Positions 37,277 through 48,901 of a stretch of DNA of 64,000 nucleotides are shown here, one piece after another. The first letter of the stretch is position 1, and the number at the start of each line of letters is the position of its first letter. The notes under the pieces are model-generated. The model saw only the letters and a list, made by a program, of their open reading frames with translations, was not told where the DNA came from and did no database searches. A program made the translations under genes and the position numbers. This stretch comes from Octopus sinensis (Eukaryota). The stretch spans positions 35,898,001 through 35,962,000 of the forward strand of contig NC_043003.1 of NCBI RefSeq assembly GCF_006345805.1, given 5' to 3'.

Positions 37277-38078
37277 CAGTAGTCTTAATTTATCACGTGC
37301 TTTCATTGCACTACCGATCGCAGCTCTGTGTGTCTTGGGTATGTGCTGTAATATTTGTGATGCTCTTACTATTTATGTGCAGTGCCTAGTAGTACTATTT
37401 TCTGTATGATACATATATTTTTGTTAGTCCTGGTGTTTTTGTTATGTATTTGTCTGAATATTTTTTATCATACCTAATGCGCCCACTATGATAGGAATTG
37501 TTCCTGTTTTTAGACAACACATTCGAGTTACCTCTATTTCCAGGTCTTTGTATTTTGAAAGTTTATCCAATTCTTTTACAGAGACGTTGTCATCTGTTGG
37601 TATTGATATATCAATTAGAAAGCATTTTTTTCTTCATGATCTCTGACAACTGTATCGGGCCTATTGGCCTTAATTTTTCTGTCTATTTGTACTGGCATAT
37701 CCTATAGTATTGTTGCGTTCTCATTTTCTGTGACCTTTTCTGGCGTGTGCTTATACCATCTTTTTTTTTGTTGTTATTCCATAGTGTTGGCATAGTCTCC
37801 AGCGTATGTAGTTATCAACTCTGCCGTGTCTGTGAATATATTCTTTCTTAACTAGGACTGGGCAACCTGAGAAATATGATCGATTGTTTCTTGTCCATCT
37901 CCACATATTCTGTAGTTACTTGTATGTTTGTTTTAATTTTTTGTTATTTCTGGTGGGGAGGCTTTGGTTTTGTTTTGCTGTTAAAAATCCTCCAGCCTCT
38001 GCTTTGAGTCCTGAGCTTCTCAGCCATTGTTGTGATTTTGCTTTGTCTATTCCTTTTGCGTTTTTTAATGTTTGACTT
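37277..38078 (-). mobile_element. R4/Dong-clade LINE 3' fragment (subfamily A) with restriction-like endonuclease and (TAA)n tail
   Basis: SQQWLRSSGLKAEAGGFLTAKQNQSLPTRN; DRKIKANRPDTVV...CFLIDISIP.DDNV..KELDKLSKYKDLEIEV (PD..D RLE motif); 3' end ...actactgaataataat. Confidence 0.85.
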
Positions 38079-38080
38079 AA

Positions 38081-38380
38081 ATGTTTGACTTTTGCTTTGT
38101 TTTTGTACAAGTTGGCTCCAAGTCTCACCCAGACACCTGAAGAGACAACAAGTTAGAAGTTAAAGTTGTCGTTATACCTAGGGTGTTATTTATTTGTTTT
38201 TGCACAAAGCATTGTTCTAGAGAATGTTTAAGAAATCATAAGAAAATTATAAGCTTGTTTTAAAATTTGAGATTAGATAGACAGTATTTTACGTAGGATA
38301 TGGATAGTTCCCATGAGCCCTATCTTTTGAATTTCTGCTACTTGGGAGTTTCCTGTTATCTGAGCTAAGTAGGAATCAGC
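38081..38380 (-). mobile_element. R4/Dong-clade 3' end fragment (subfamily B)
   Basis: Homologous to 48901-49230 (tttgtacaagttggctccaagtctcacccag...atcagcccc). Confidence 0.8.
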
Positions 38381-38473
38381 CCCATAATAATAATAATAAT
38401 AATATAATAATAATAATAATAATAATAATGATAATAATATTAATAATTCTTCTTCTTCTTATTATTATATTAT

Positions 38474-38507
<34 letters not shown>

Positions 38508-38530
38508 TAATAATATTATTATTATTATTA

Positions 38531-38569
<39 letters not shown>

Positions 38570-38571
38570 CA

Positions 38572-38602
<31 letters not shown>

Positions 38603-38695
38603 TATTATTATTATTATTATTATCATTATTACTTTTATTATTATTATTATTATATTATTATTATTATATTATCATCATCATCTTCATCATCATAA
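38381..38695. repeat. (AAT)n/(ATT)n tract with orientation switches
   Basis: Direct reading. Confidence 0.95.
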
Positions 38696-39297
38696 AGTAA
38701 TGAACATACATTATGATTATTTTAATTTTGGATTTCGACCGAACAGTATTTGATCTAACCGGCAATGATCTCGATGGAAGCGCACCTGTATGACCACAGT
38801 CTAATTAATGACTAAAAGTTCTATAGCATTACAAATCATCTACGTATATGGAGTACTGATATTTTAAGCTTTTCTCGTTTAATATTTATGTACACACAAT
38901 TAAATATTATCGAAACTCTCTAAATAATCAATGTGTGTGTGTGTGTGTGTGCGTGCGCGTGCGTGCGTGTGCGTGTGTCTTTGTATGAATGAGGAATGGT
39001 CATACTCAAAGACAGCTTGTAGCCATCCGTACTGAATATAGTTGTATTATTGAGAATATGAATGGGTAAATTGTTACAGCGCTTAAGTGGCAGCTGGCTA
39101 TATTACATATGTTCTATTACATAATTGGATGTTTCCTGCTTTTGATTTAACTGAGAACAGTTTAAGATTCGGTTGGTAATTTTTTGGCTGTGTGGTAAGA
39201 AGCTTGCTTCCCAATCGAATAGTTTCGGGTTCAATACACCTTGAGTGGATTTGATAGTCAGAAACTGAAATAAGGCCGTTTAAATATATATACATAC

Positions 39298-39300
<3 letters not shown>

Positions 39301-39330
<30 letters not shown>

Positions 39331-39479
39331 TGTATGTATGTATGTATGTATGTATGTATGTATGTATGTATGTATGTATGTATGTATGTATGTATGTATG
39401 TATGTATGTATGTATGTATGTATGTATGTATGTATGTATGTATGTATGTATGTATGTATGTATGTATGTATGTATGTAT
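39301..39479. repeat. Perfect (TATG)n inside a SINE (39185-39745)
   Basis: Direct reading; flanked by the head and tail halves of the abundant SINE. Confidence 0.95.
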
Positions 39480-40077
39480 ACATACACGCATGTGTGTGTG
39501 TGTGTGTTCTTGCGTAAATGTCTGTATGTGTATGCGTGCAAGTGCTTGCGTGTGTGTGCATTTTGCTTGTTTCCCACCGCCGCTTAACAACCAGTGTTGG
39601 TTTGTTTACGTCCCAGTAACCTAGCGGTTCGATAAAATATGCACCTAGCTTAAAATGTTAGTACTAGTGGTTGATTTGTTCAACTAAAACCTCCAAGACG
39701 GTACCCCAGCAGGGCCACAACCCGGTGACTGAAACAAATGAAAGTTAATCGATTCCGTTTCAGGTGACGAGTACTTGCGTAGCATATTCTTCAGACAAAG
39801 CCCTTCCATATTTTTTTCTCTCATTCTCTAATATACACCCACATGGAGACGTTTTATATATAGATACCCCTGAAAACATCTTACATACATGAGGCGATAT
39901 GTCAAGCTGATTTTCATTGCGGTTTCCACTCAAAAATTGGTCAGATGTTTATGCCCGTCGTAGATAACATAAGCTTATCTTATATTATTACCTTACATAG
40001 TAGGTAGCAATTGGTTTCATCTAATCAGGACTCGTAATTGCGTGGGCTAGTTGTAACAAGAGTACTCTAATTTCCAT

Positions 40078-40460
40078 GGAGGCGCAATGGCCCAGTGGTT
40101 AGGGCAGCGGACTCGCGGTCATAGGATCGCGGTTTCGATTCCCAGACCGGGCGTTGTGAGTGTTTATTGAGCGAAAACACCTAAAGCTCCACGAGGCTCC
40201 GGTAGGGATGGTGGTGATCCCTACTGTACTCTTTCACCACAACTTTCTCTCACTCTTACTTCCTGTTTCTGATGTACCTGTATTTCAAAGGGCCGGCCTT
40301 GTCACCCTCTGTGTCACGCTGAATATCCCCGAGAACTACGTTAAGGGTATACGTGTCTGTGGAGTGCTCAGCCACTTACACGTTAATTTCACGAGCAGGC
40401 TGTTCCGTTGATCGGATCAACCGGAACCCTCATCGTCGTTACCGACGGAGTGCTTCCACT
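40078..40460 (+). mobile_element. tRNA-derived SINE (second family), near full length
   Basis: ggaggcgcaatggcccagtggttagggcagcggac..ggtttcgattccc head; same body as 27709-28020. Confidence 0.85.
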
Positions 40461-41921
40461 CTAATTTCCATTTCTTTCTCGTCGAATACATATACGCCGT
40501 CTCATGTAGTCTCTTATATTTCCTGTCAAACGAACACACATCCGCACGCAGATTCAGGTATGTTATATTAGAAGAGTGACAAAACTTTGCTGTTATTTCA
40601 TTGTTGCATTTTTCTGAGACCAGTTATGACACAATTGTTCGTTTTAGTTTTGTTAAATAAAATACTTTGCTTTTTTTTCGTCTAAGAAAAGCCCCATTTA
40701 TCATTGTCTTTCATTGAATGTCAATCTTTAATTCTCAATTCCCTTCAGTAACTTTCATTTGATAAAATTAAAACTAAAAGTTTCTATATTTACTTTATTA
40801 ACGATTAGATATTTTTCAAGAAAAAAATTTTAAAAGATACTTAAACATGATGTCGTTTGGAATATATGTTGCAGGGTAGGTATGGGGCTTCCACAATAAT
40901 GATGACGGCCTTTCTCACTCAGAGGAATTTAAATAAAATATCATGACAAAATAAATAAATAACTAAATAGAATTTCGAATCAAAAGCACAAACAAATTTA
41001 AATCAAAACGTCTGAGGAATGTCGAGACTGACAACACAAAGAAAAAAAAAATGAAAAAAAACATTAACACTATATACAATATGAAAATGAAAAATTACAG
41101 AAGCATCTTTAGCTTGATCGATGTCAGTCGATAACAGCAATAGAGGCAACGACACAGGCATCATCAAATCGACGATTGCTTCGTCAAGATTCTCGGGATC
41201 AGGGAAAATTTGCTTCAGGAACTTCCTCAAGGAAAACGGATATTAGACTATGTATATCAGCAAGCAAACGGCGTCCAATATCAATACAGCTTTTAGAAGA
41301 GGAGATATAGTTTTTTAAGTACAAGGCCGTGTTCAAAACGCTTCCATAGACGTATTTCAAAGAGGTTGTGTCCAACGCATAGCAGGCCTCCTGTTACACA
41401 TCGGAAAGAACATCTGCGAAATGAGAAGTTCGTGTAATAAGCGTGTATTAGGATATGTGCGTACAAAGGGCAAAAGAAACTGACGCCTATCTCCAAATCC
41501 AAATTATTGGTGGTCCTGTAAAGATTTGTAAGACGTTCCAAAGTGTCACCATATCTTATTCTGTATGTAAATAGATGCACACACGAACTAAAAAAAACAC
41601 TCAAAGCAAAACATGCATACATACAGATATATGAATACACAGAAACATGCACCCACACATGCGTGCCTGCATGTTGGGTATATATCTATGGCCTGTGGAT
41701 TAGGGGTTAGTGTGCTGCACATAGGCTCGCCAGATCGTTGTTTGGATTCACACACCAGGTGGTGGATTATGATCTAGAGCATAAAACTCAATTTCAGAGT
41801 GCTCATCGATCGTCTACTTCATCGATCGTCTACGAGTGGCGAGTCTAATGCGTGTGTGTGCCCGTGTATGTGTGCGTGTGTGTGTGTGTGTGTGTGTTCG
41901 TGTTTGTGTGTGTGTGTGTGT

Positions 41922-41974
<53 letters not shown>

Positions 41975-42560
41975 TGTGTGTGTGTAATACAGACGTTTAA
42001 AATTTACAACTGTTAGGGTAGTATTTTATTCCGTTAATGCAATCATTAGAGAATGCATCATAATATAAAATCCACCATCATCAGGTAAAAGTTTAACCAG
42101 GTAAGATAATATATTTTAGACAAGTAAGATTGTAAGCATCGACCTGGACATAATCAACATTCGTTCAACTAGTGATTCATTTAAGTTTTACATTCGAATA
42201 TGTGTACGATAATTAGGTGGTGCGGTGTAAAACAGGAAAATGATAAGAGACACACACCATATATACGTACAATCTAAATTCTCGTATTTAAATTAGTTTA
42301 AGGTTTAACAATGACGCCAAATATCAAGTAATCAGGGAACAAAATGTTGACATGGGTGACATGGGTCGTAAGGAAAAAGTCATCGAGACCTTAGCGGATG
42401 TATTGTCGGTTAGAGGCAAGATGTCATTCAGTTCAACGATCAATGACATCAGACACGAAATATCTCAACATTCACCTATTCTCATTTACACGTATATACA
42501 ATAAGTAAAGACTCAATTACATATATGTATATTCACGTGTACAATCACACACGCAAGATT

Positions 42561-42609
<49 letters not shown>

Positions 42610-42856
42610 ACACGCACACACGCACACACAACACATGTATGTGTCTGTGTGCGTTTAACCCCCCCTTCATTTTACATCTGATGTTGGGTGTGTTTATGTC
42701 ACCGTAACCTAGCAGTCCGGCAAAAGTGAGCGATGGAATAAGTACTATGCTCGGGGTACATTTGTTCTACTAAAGGCGGTACTCTAGCATGGCCGCAGTC
42801 AAATGACTGAAACAAGTAAACGAATAAAAGAATGCGTGTATATATATATATATATA

Positions 42857-42892
<36 letters not shown>

Positions 42893-42897
42893 TATAT

Positions 42898-42955
<58 letters not shown>

Positions 42956-43861
42956 ATACATATTTATATATATTATATATATATATACGCACATACATAT
43001 ATTCATTTACATGTGTACACAGACACACAACATACAATCAAAAACACACATATATTTATATATATATAGATATACATGCATATACATACACACACATACA
43101 TATATATACATACACATATATACACATTTATGTGTATATATGCACAAACATATTCTTATACAAATATATACACACAGTTATGGATATAAACTTATATATG
43201 ATTTAAATACAAGGAGTATATATGTAAAGAGAAACTTTAGGGCAATATATTTATGTATACATATGTGTACGTAAATATGTGTGCGTATGTGTGTGTGTAT
43301 TTATGCGCGCGCGTACACACATACGCACATATATATATATATACATATATCGAAAAAGATGAAAGAGGCGGATTGAGAAGACGAGGAGAGGGAACAATAG
43401 TAATTTGACATGCAGACATTGTATAATGAATATATTTCTAAATTTTAATTATCATTTTCAACCAATTATATGTACTAATATATGTATAATTAACAAGAAA
43501 TAGGTACAGACAAGTAAGTGCGTATGTATATGTAAGTGTGCTTGCTGCATGTGTATGTATGTGTGCACGCGTGTGTGCGTGTGTGTACGCATATATGTAT
43601 GTACGTATGTATGTACAAAATTACCGCCAATTCCAGTCCATAGTGAATGAGGTGGATGAGGTGAATGAGGTGGATATTCCACAATGTCAGACTTTCGTAT
43701 AGTATTAAACGTGTGGATACACGGATATATCTACAAATGTATATACATATATATACATTTATATATGCATATATATAAATAAATATGTACATATATATAT
43801 ATGCATGGTATGTATATATATATCTATATATGCCTGTGTGTATGTTAGTTAGTTAGTTAGA

Positions 43862-44119
43862 TAATTTTTTGGGCTCAAAAAGCAAAAAGCAAGGCCATGT
43901 AGGGGGACATGGAGCTATGTACAGGGTGGTGTTCATGTAAAGAGTTCAGGCCACTTGTGGTCAAAGGAAACTTTGAACCGAGCGGTCGTCGGCATCTTCA
44001 CTATCTCGTCCGGCAGCTTATTCCACGGATCCGCAAACCGGACGGAGAAAGCCCCTCTCCTTCGATTGAGATGAAATTGTCGCAGATAGAGCTTTTCGGA
44101 ATGACCCCGCATGTATGTA
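43862..44119 (-). mobile_element. CR1/L2-group LINE 3' fragment, cut off by the Tc1 element
   Basis: MRGHSEKLYLRQFHLNRRRGAFSVRFADPWNKLPDEIVKMPTTARFKVSFDHKW matches the CR1-type ORF2 end; (CTAA)n tail. Confidence 0.8.
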
Positions 44120-44121
44120 TA

Positions 44122-45380
44122 CAGGGGTTGGACAAAATAATGAAAACGCCTTAAAATTTCAAGCAAATATATTTTTATATGGGATAGGACCAGCTTTGGG
44201 AGTAATTACAGCTTGAATTCTACGAGGCATGGACTCGTACAAAGTTTAAATTGTTTCCAAAGGAATTGTTGTCCATTCTTCAGCTAAAACTGTCTCCAGC
44301 TGTTGTAGGGATGATGGTAGAGGGTATCGACTCCTTACTTGCTTTTCTAAAATGCACCATAAATGTTCAATAATATTGAACTCTGGGGTCTGGGGAGGCC
44401 AGATAAGACGTTCAACTTCACTAGAATGTTCCTCGTGCCATTCAGTAACAAATTTAGTTATGTGAATTGGTGCATTATCATACTGAAATATTGCGTTTTC
44501 CTCCCGAAACAGTTCCGCAATCATAGGATGAATTTGATGAGATAAAATGCTTGAATAGTCTTCACTATTAATTCTACCACGAAGGGAAACCATTGAGCTG
44601 ACGGATTTCTAAGATATAGCCCCCCCCCACCACCACCACCGATCATCACAGATCCGCCTCGAGGTTTAACAGTTGGAAGAAGGCAGTCTGGGTCAAATGC
44701 TTCATTTGGCTGTCTCCACACATATGGTGGTTGGAAATAAGGAAAAGGATGACTCATCTGAGAAAATAACATTTTCCCACTGATCTAGGGACCAATTCTG
44801 TAGGTTTTTGCTCCACTCTAAACGATTTGCAAGGTTTATTTTTGAAAGTAGTGGTTTTCTGATTGCAGGTGCAGGTCCCGGCGCGAACAGTTTTTGTGGA
44901 AACTGGGTTTTCGCGGTGGTCATTCAGCTCAGCAGTAATTTTGTGAGCTATACTTTTGTGATCCTTTCTAACAATTCGCGTAAGAGTCTGACGTTCCATA
45001 TCTAAAAGTTTTGGTTTTCTTCCGGAGTTTTGTTTCGACGAGGAGGTTTTTCCCTCTTTCTCAAAAGCTGTCATTACTTTCAAGACAGTACTTCTTTATA
45101 TACCAAACATGTAAGCTGTTTTCCTTACGCTAGCGCCTGCTATACGAGCACCAACAAATTAACCTCTTTAAAAGTCCGACATATCTGTGATTTTAATGAA
45201 TTTTCATTACATTTTTCTAATGATATCTGAAAAGAAACAGCAATTTTAACAAAACCTATTAGGCAACACTAATAATAAATAAAAAAACATAGAAATAAAA
45301 AAGTTTTCGACAGTTTTATAAATATTTTAAAATTATGATGCTATGATGCTAGGTGTTTCCATTATTTTGTCCACCCGCCT
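44122..45380 (-). mobile_element. Near full-length Tc1-family DNA transposon (defective)
   Basis: TA|CAGGGGTTGGACAAAATAATGAAAAC at 44120-44147; degenerate inverted copy gtttccattattttgtccacccgcct at 45355-45380; transposase inside. Confidence 0.9.
44175..45182 (-). pseudogene. Tc1 transposase (paired/HTH plus DD36E catalytic domain), frameshifted
   Basis: KVMTAFEKEGKTSSSKQNSGRKPKL; WENVIFSDESSF; IFQYDNAPIH; WPPQTPEFNIIEHLW; split across 4 ORFs with a premature stop at 44246. Confidence 0.9.
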
Positions 45381-45431
45381 CTTTCTCTGTCTCTCTATAT
45401 ATATATGTATAAATATATTAATGTATATATG

Positions 45432-45511
<80 letters not shown>

Positions 45512-45719
45512 TGTGTGTGCATATATACATGCCCATACCTAAATATGAAGTACATACGGGCGCATAAATATATGAGTAGGCAGATACATACTTACATACA
45601 GGCATGCAAAGAACATTATATGAATACATACACGAAAGAAAAAAAAATGTATTAAATCACTCTTTCAGTTAGTGTGCACGTTTGATTCCAATATTATTAT
45701 TCTTATCGTTATGACCGTT

Positions 45720-46110
45720 ATTTTTACCTCCGCCTTAGCGACGGCGGAGGTATTGTCTTCAGTCGTCTTTGTTTGTTTGACCGTGGGCAAGATATCTTAA
45801 AATCCGCTGGATTGATTGGGATGAAACTTTCAGGGATGTTTGGTCTCGTAACTGGCACGAACTGGTACCGGACAAGGATTGTGGATTATTTTTCCGGTTA
45901 TTTTACACAATTTTTGAGCACTGTCGGGTTCGTTCTTATTATTCTCCTTTGAAAGCGCAGTCGAATTTATTTCAGATATTTTCATTTTAAAAATCATCTC
46001 TGGCTAATCGTTGAAAAGATGTTGCGTTATTCTACTTCGTGTTAAAATAGGAATATCAGATAATCAAAAGTCTATTATTTAATATATTCCACGCTGATGA
46101 GTTTCAATGT
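45720..46110 (+). mobile_element. Probable non-autonomous Helentron/HINE-like repeat
   Basis: Starts ttacctccgccttagcgacggcggaggta (hairpin), then gtttgtttg..gggatgaaactttcagg, a 5' structure common in this class. Confidence 0.45.
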
Positions 46111-46578
46111 ATTGGAACATGATCGTAGTTGTCGCACACCTTCAAGTGTCTGTGTCGTAAGAAGTTTACCTTCATCCACACGATTTCGAGCTCAATTCCA
46201 CTCTGTGGTACCATGGAAAAGGGTCTTCTTCTGTAGCCACGGGACGACAAAGTCCTTGTGACTGAATTTATTAAGTGGAAACAGGAAAAACCTCGTCGTA
46301 TGTGTACATGTGTATGTGTGTGTGCGCGCGCTTGTGTACTTGTGTGCGTGTCTGTGTGCGTGTCTGTGTGTGTGTGTGCGTGTCTCTGTGTTTGTGTTTT
46401 TCAACGTATCAGGCTTTAAAACATAATAATAAATACTGGGCTGTATCTGTTCGACTAAAACCTTTCATGGCGGTGCCCCTGCATGGTTGCATGCACTTCA
46501 GGTAGGAGATAAACCTTAGACGATAACGCTGTGAGAGAAACTAAGAACCTCTAGAATTTACCAGCATCTTTGTGTGTG

Positions 46579-46800
46579 AAGGCGCGTGGCTTAGTGGTTA
46601 GGGTGTTGGACGCATGATCATATGATTGTAGTTTCGATTCCTGGACCGGTCAACGCGTTGTGTTCTTGAGCAAAACACTTCATTTCACGTTGCTCCAGTC
46701 CACTCAGCTGACAAAAATGAGTAATCCTACGACGGACCGGCATCCCGTCCAGGTGGGAAACTTACAGGCCATGGAAACAAGGAAATCGGCCCTTATGAGA
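46579..46800 (+). mobile_element. tRNA-derived SINE (third family, V-domain-like core)
   Basis: ggcgcgtggcttagtggttagggtgttggac head; ttcttgagcaaaacacttc..gacggaccggcatcccgtccagg; second copy at 54863-55090. Confidence 0.7.
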
Positions 46801-46857
46801 CTGAATGTCTCGGAAAAGTACTTTATTTTTGTTTTTGTAAAATCGGTTTTTCTGCTA

Positions 46858-46891
<34 letters not shown>

Positions 46892-47777
46892 CTATATGTG
46901 TGGTGTGTGTGTGTGTGTGTGTGTTGTGTGTACATACACATACACGCATTTATATATATATATATATATATAATATATATATATATATGTATGTATATAT
47001 ATATATATATATATATGCATATATGTGTGTGGGTGTTGGTGGGTGTTTGTGTGTGGATGAGTATGTGTGTGCGTCTTTGTGTTGGTGTATCGCACCGCCA
47101 TTGTTTAACAACGGGCATGGATTGGTTACGAGCACACAACTTAGCAGTTGTACAAAGAGAACAATAGAATAAGTACCAAACTATAAGAAATTAAATAAGG
47201 GTGTCCCTGTGTTCTCTAGAAATTGGTCATGACGGTGACCAAGCCTATCCCGATTCCAGTAACTGAAACAAGTGGATCAGAGATAAACAGCACAGGTTTA
47301 TGAACGCAATTTATGTTACACTACATGCTGAATAAACAAACCGTGAGGCCACATTTGTGACACGTTTATGACACGTTTACTGATAGAGTCTCTTAGAAGA
47401 AGCTGATCAGGGGTTGTGTAAAGAAAAAAACAACATTTCTTCGTCATTGCTAGGCGCATAAATAAACCTTATGTCCAAAGAGAGCGCGGGCTGGATCTAA
47501 GTTATTGCAAACTAAAAAAAATTAAAAAAAGTGAGAGAGAAAAAATGAGAGGGGGGAAATGAAAAAAAAAAGAGTAAAAACACCTTTTAACAGGGCTGAT
47601 GAATAAGTCTTCCTTCGAGTGCCATTAAGGTAATGGACCAAATAATTGTTTGAAGTCGTAATATTCTAATAAAACTTTCGTTGTTCAGGATTGGTTCGGT
47701 GCGTCTTCTAGTTCCTTGCTCTCACATTCCGTCGTTTTTCTCTTCTCTCTCTCTCTCTCTCTATCTATATATATATA

Positions 47778-47808
<31 letters not shown>

Positions 47809-48129
47809 CCTCCTCTCTCACTTTATCTCTCAATCTATTCATTTATGTGTGTGTCCAACATTAACGTACGCACACACACACCACACACCTACATATATAT
47901 ATGTGTATATGTATATATCTATACATATATGTGTGCGTCTCTCTGTCTCTCTGTGTGTGTATATACACGCGTATATACATATATATATATTAATGATATA
48001 AAAGTTATTTTCTTTAATTCTATTTGTCATCAATAGTATATATATATATATATATACATATATTGGTGCGTGTAGATATATGCATATATTTGTGTGCTTG
48101 TGTGTGTGTGTGTGTGTGTTTGCTCTTTC

Positions 48130-48815
48130 ACCAAAGCTTTCTTTAGGTCGGCTGCACTGCCTTCATGCCTTCAGCTCCTGCGTGATAAAATGTGTTTCAC
48201 TGCGGTTACGTAACCGATGTTTGACCTTGATCGCTGCAGTTTTTCTTTCCTGTGTTACAGAGTAAACATGTCCTCTCCGCTGGAAGTGTGCACCAAGGAA
48301 GAACAGAGATCAAAGATATCTCCGGTCTGGAAGTGTATTACGTGCTGAAAGTCATCGCAAGCTTTCAGTAATATAGGGGGACAGTACTCTACTCCGTAGA
48401 AATATATATGAGTGAAGCGCGATGAGAGAACAGGATGCTCATCAGCCTGAACCACTGACGTGATGATTCAACTAGCTTGAGAAATGCTTCTGGCGAATCA
48501 ACATGAGAATTTCTATGAGATGGCATATTCTCTGCTCATAAGTCATGATTCTGTATACGATCCAAGACAAGCTTTGCTTTCGTAAAGTCTGTGCGAGCTG
48601 AATGCCAAAAGAGCTTACTGCGGTGCATAAACGCAATCTTGTGGAAATCTATCAACGCTTACTCGACCGCTACTGCGACGAAAGCTTAGCTTTTCTGGAA
48701 AAGCCAGAATCCAGCAGGCAGTGTATGCAATAGAAATAGCCAGAGTCGCCAACGCAAAAGAAGTTTAAGACTCAACCTTCAGCAGGAAAAAGTGATGTGA
48801 ACCGCTTATCGGAGG
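48130..48815 (+). mobile_element. Mariner-like transposase relic (5' half)
   Basis: MSSPLEVCTKEEQRS...; KVCA(R)(W)MPKELTAVHKRN; PESSRQCMQ; KKFKTQPSAGK (WVPxxL and SAGKVM region motifs), with stops and frameshifts. Confidence 0.8.
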
Positions 48816-48860
48816 CAAAAAGATCTGCATTTATTATTGTTGTTGTTATTATTATTATTA

Positions 48861-48900
<40 letters not shown>

Positions 48901-48901
<1 letters not shown>

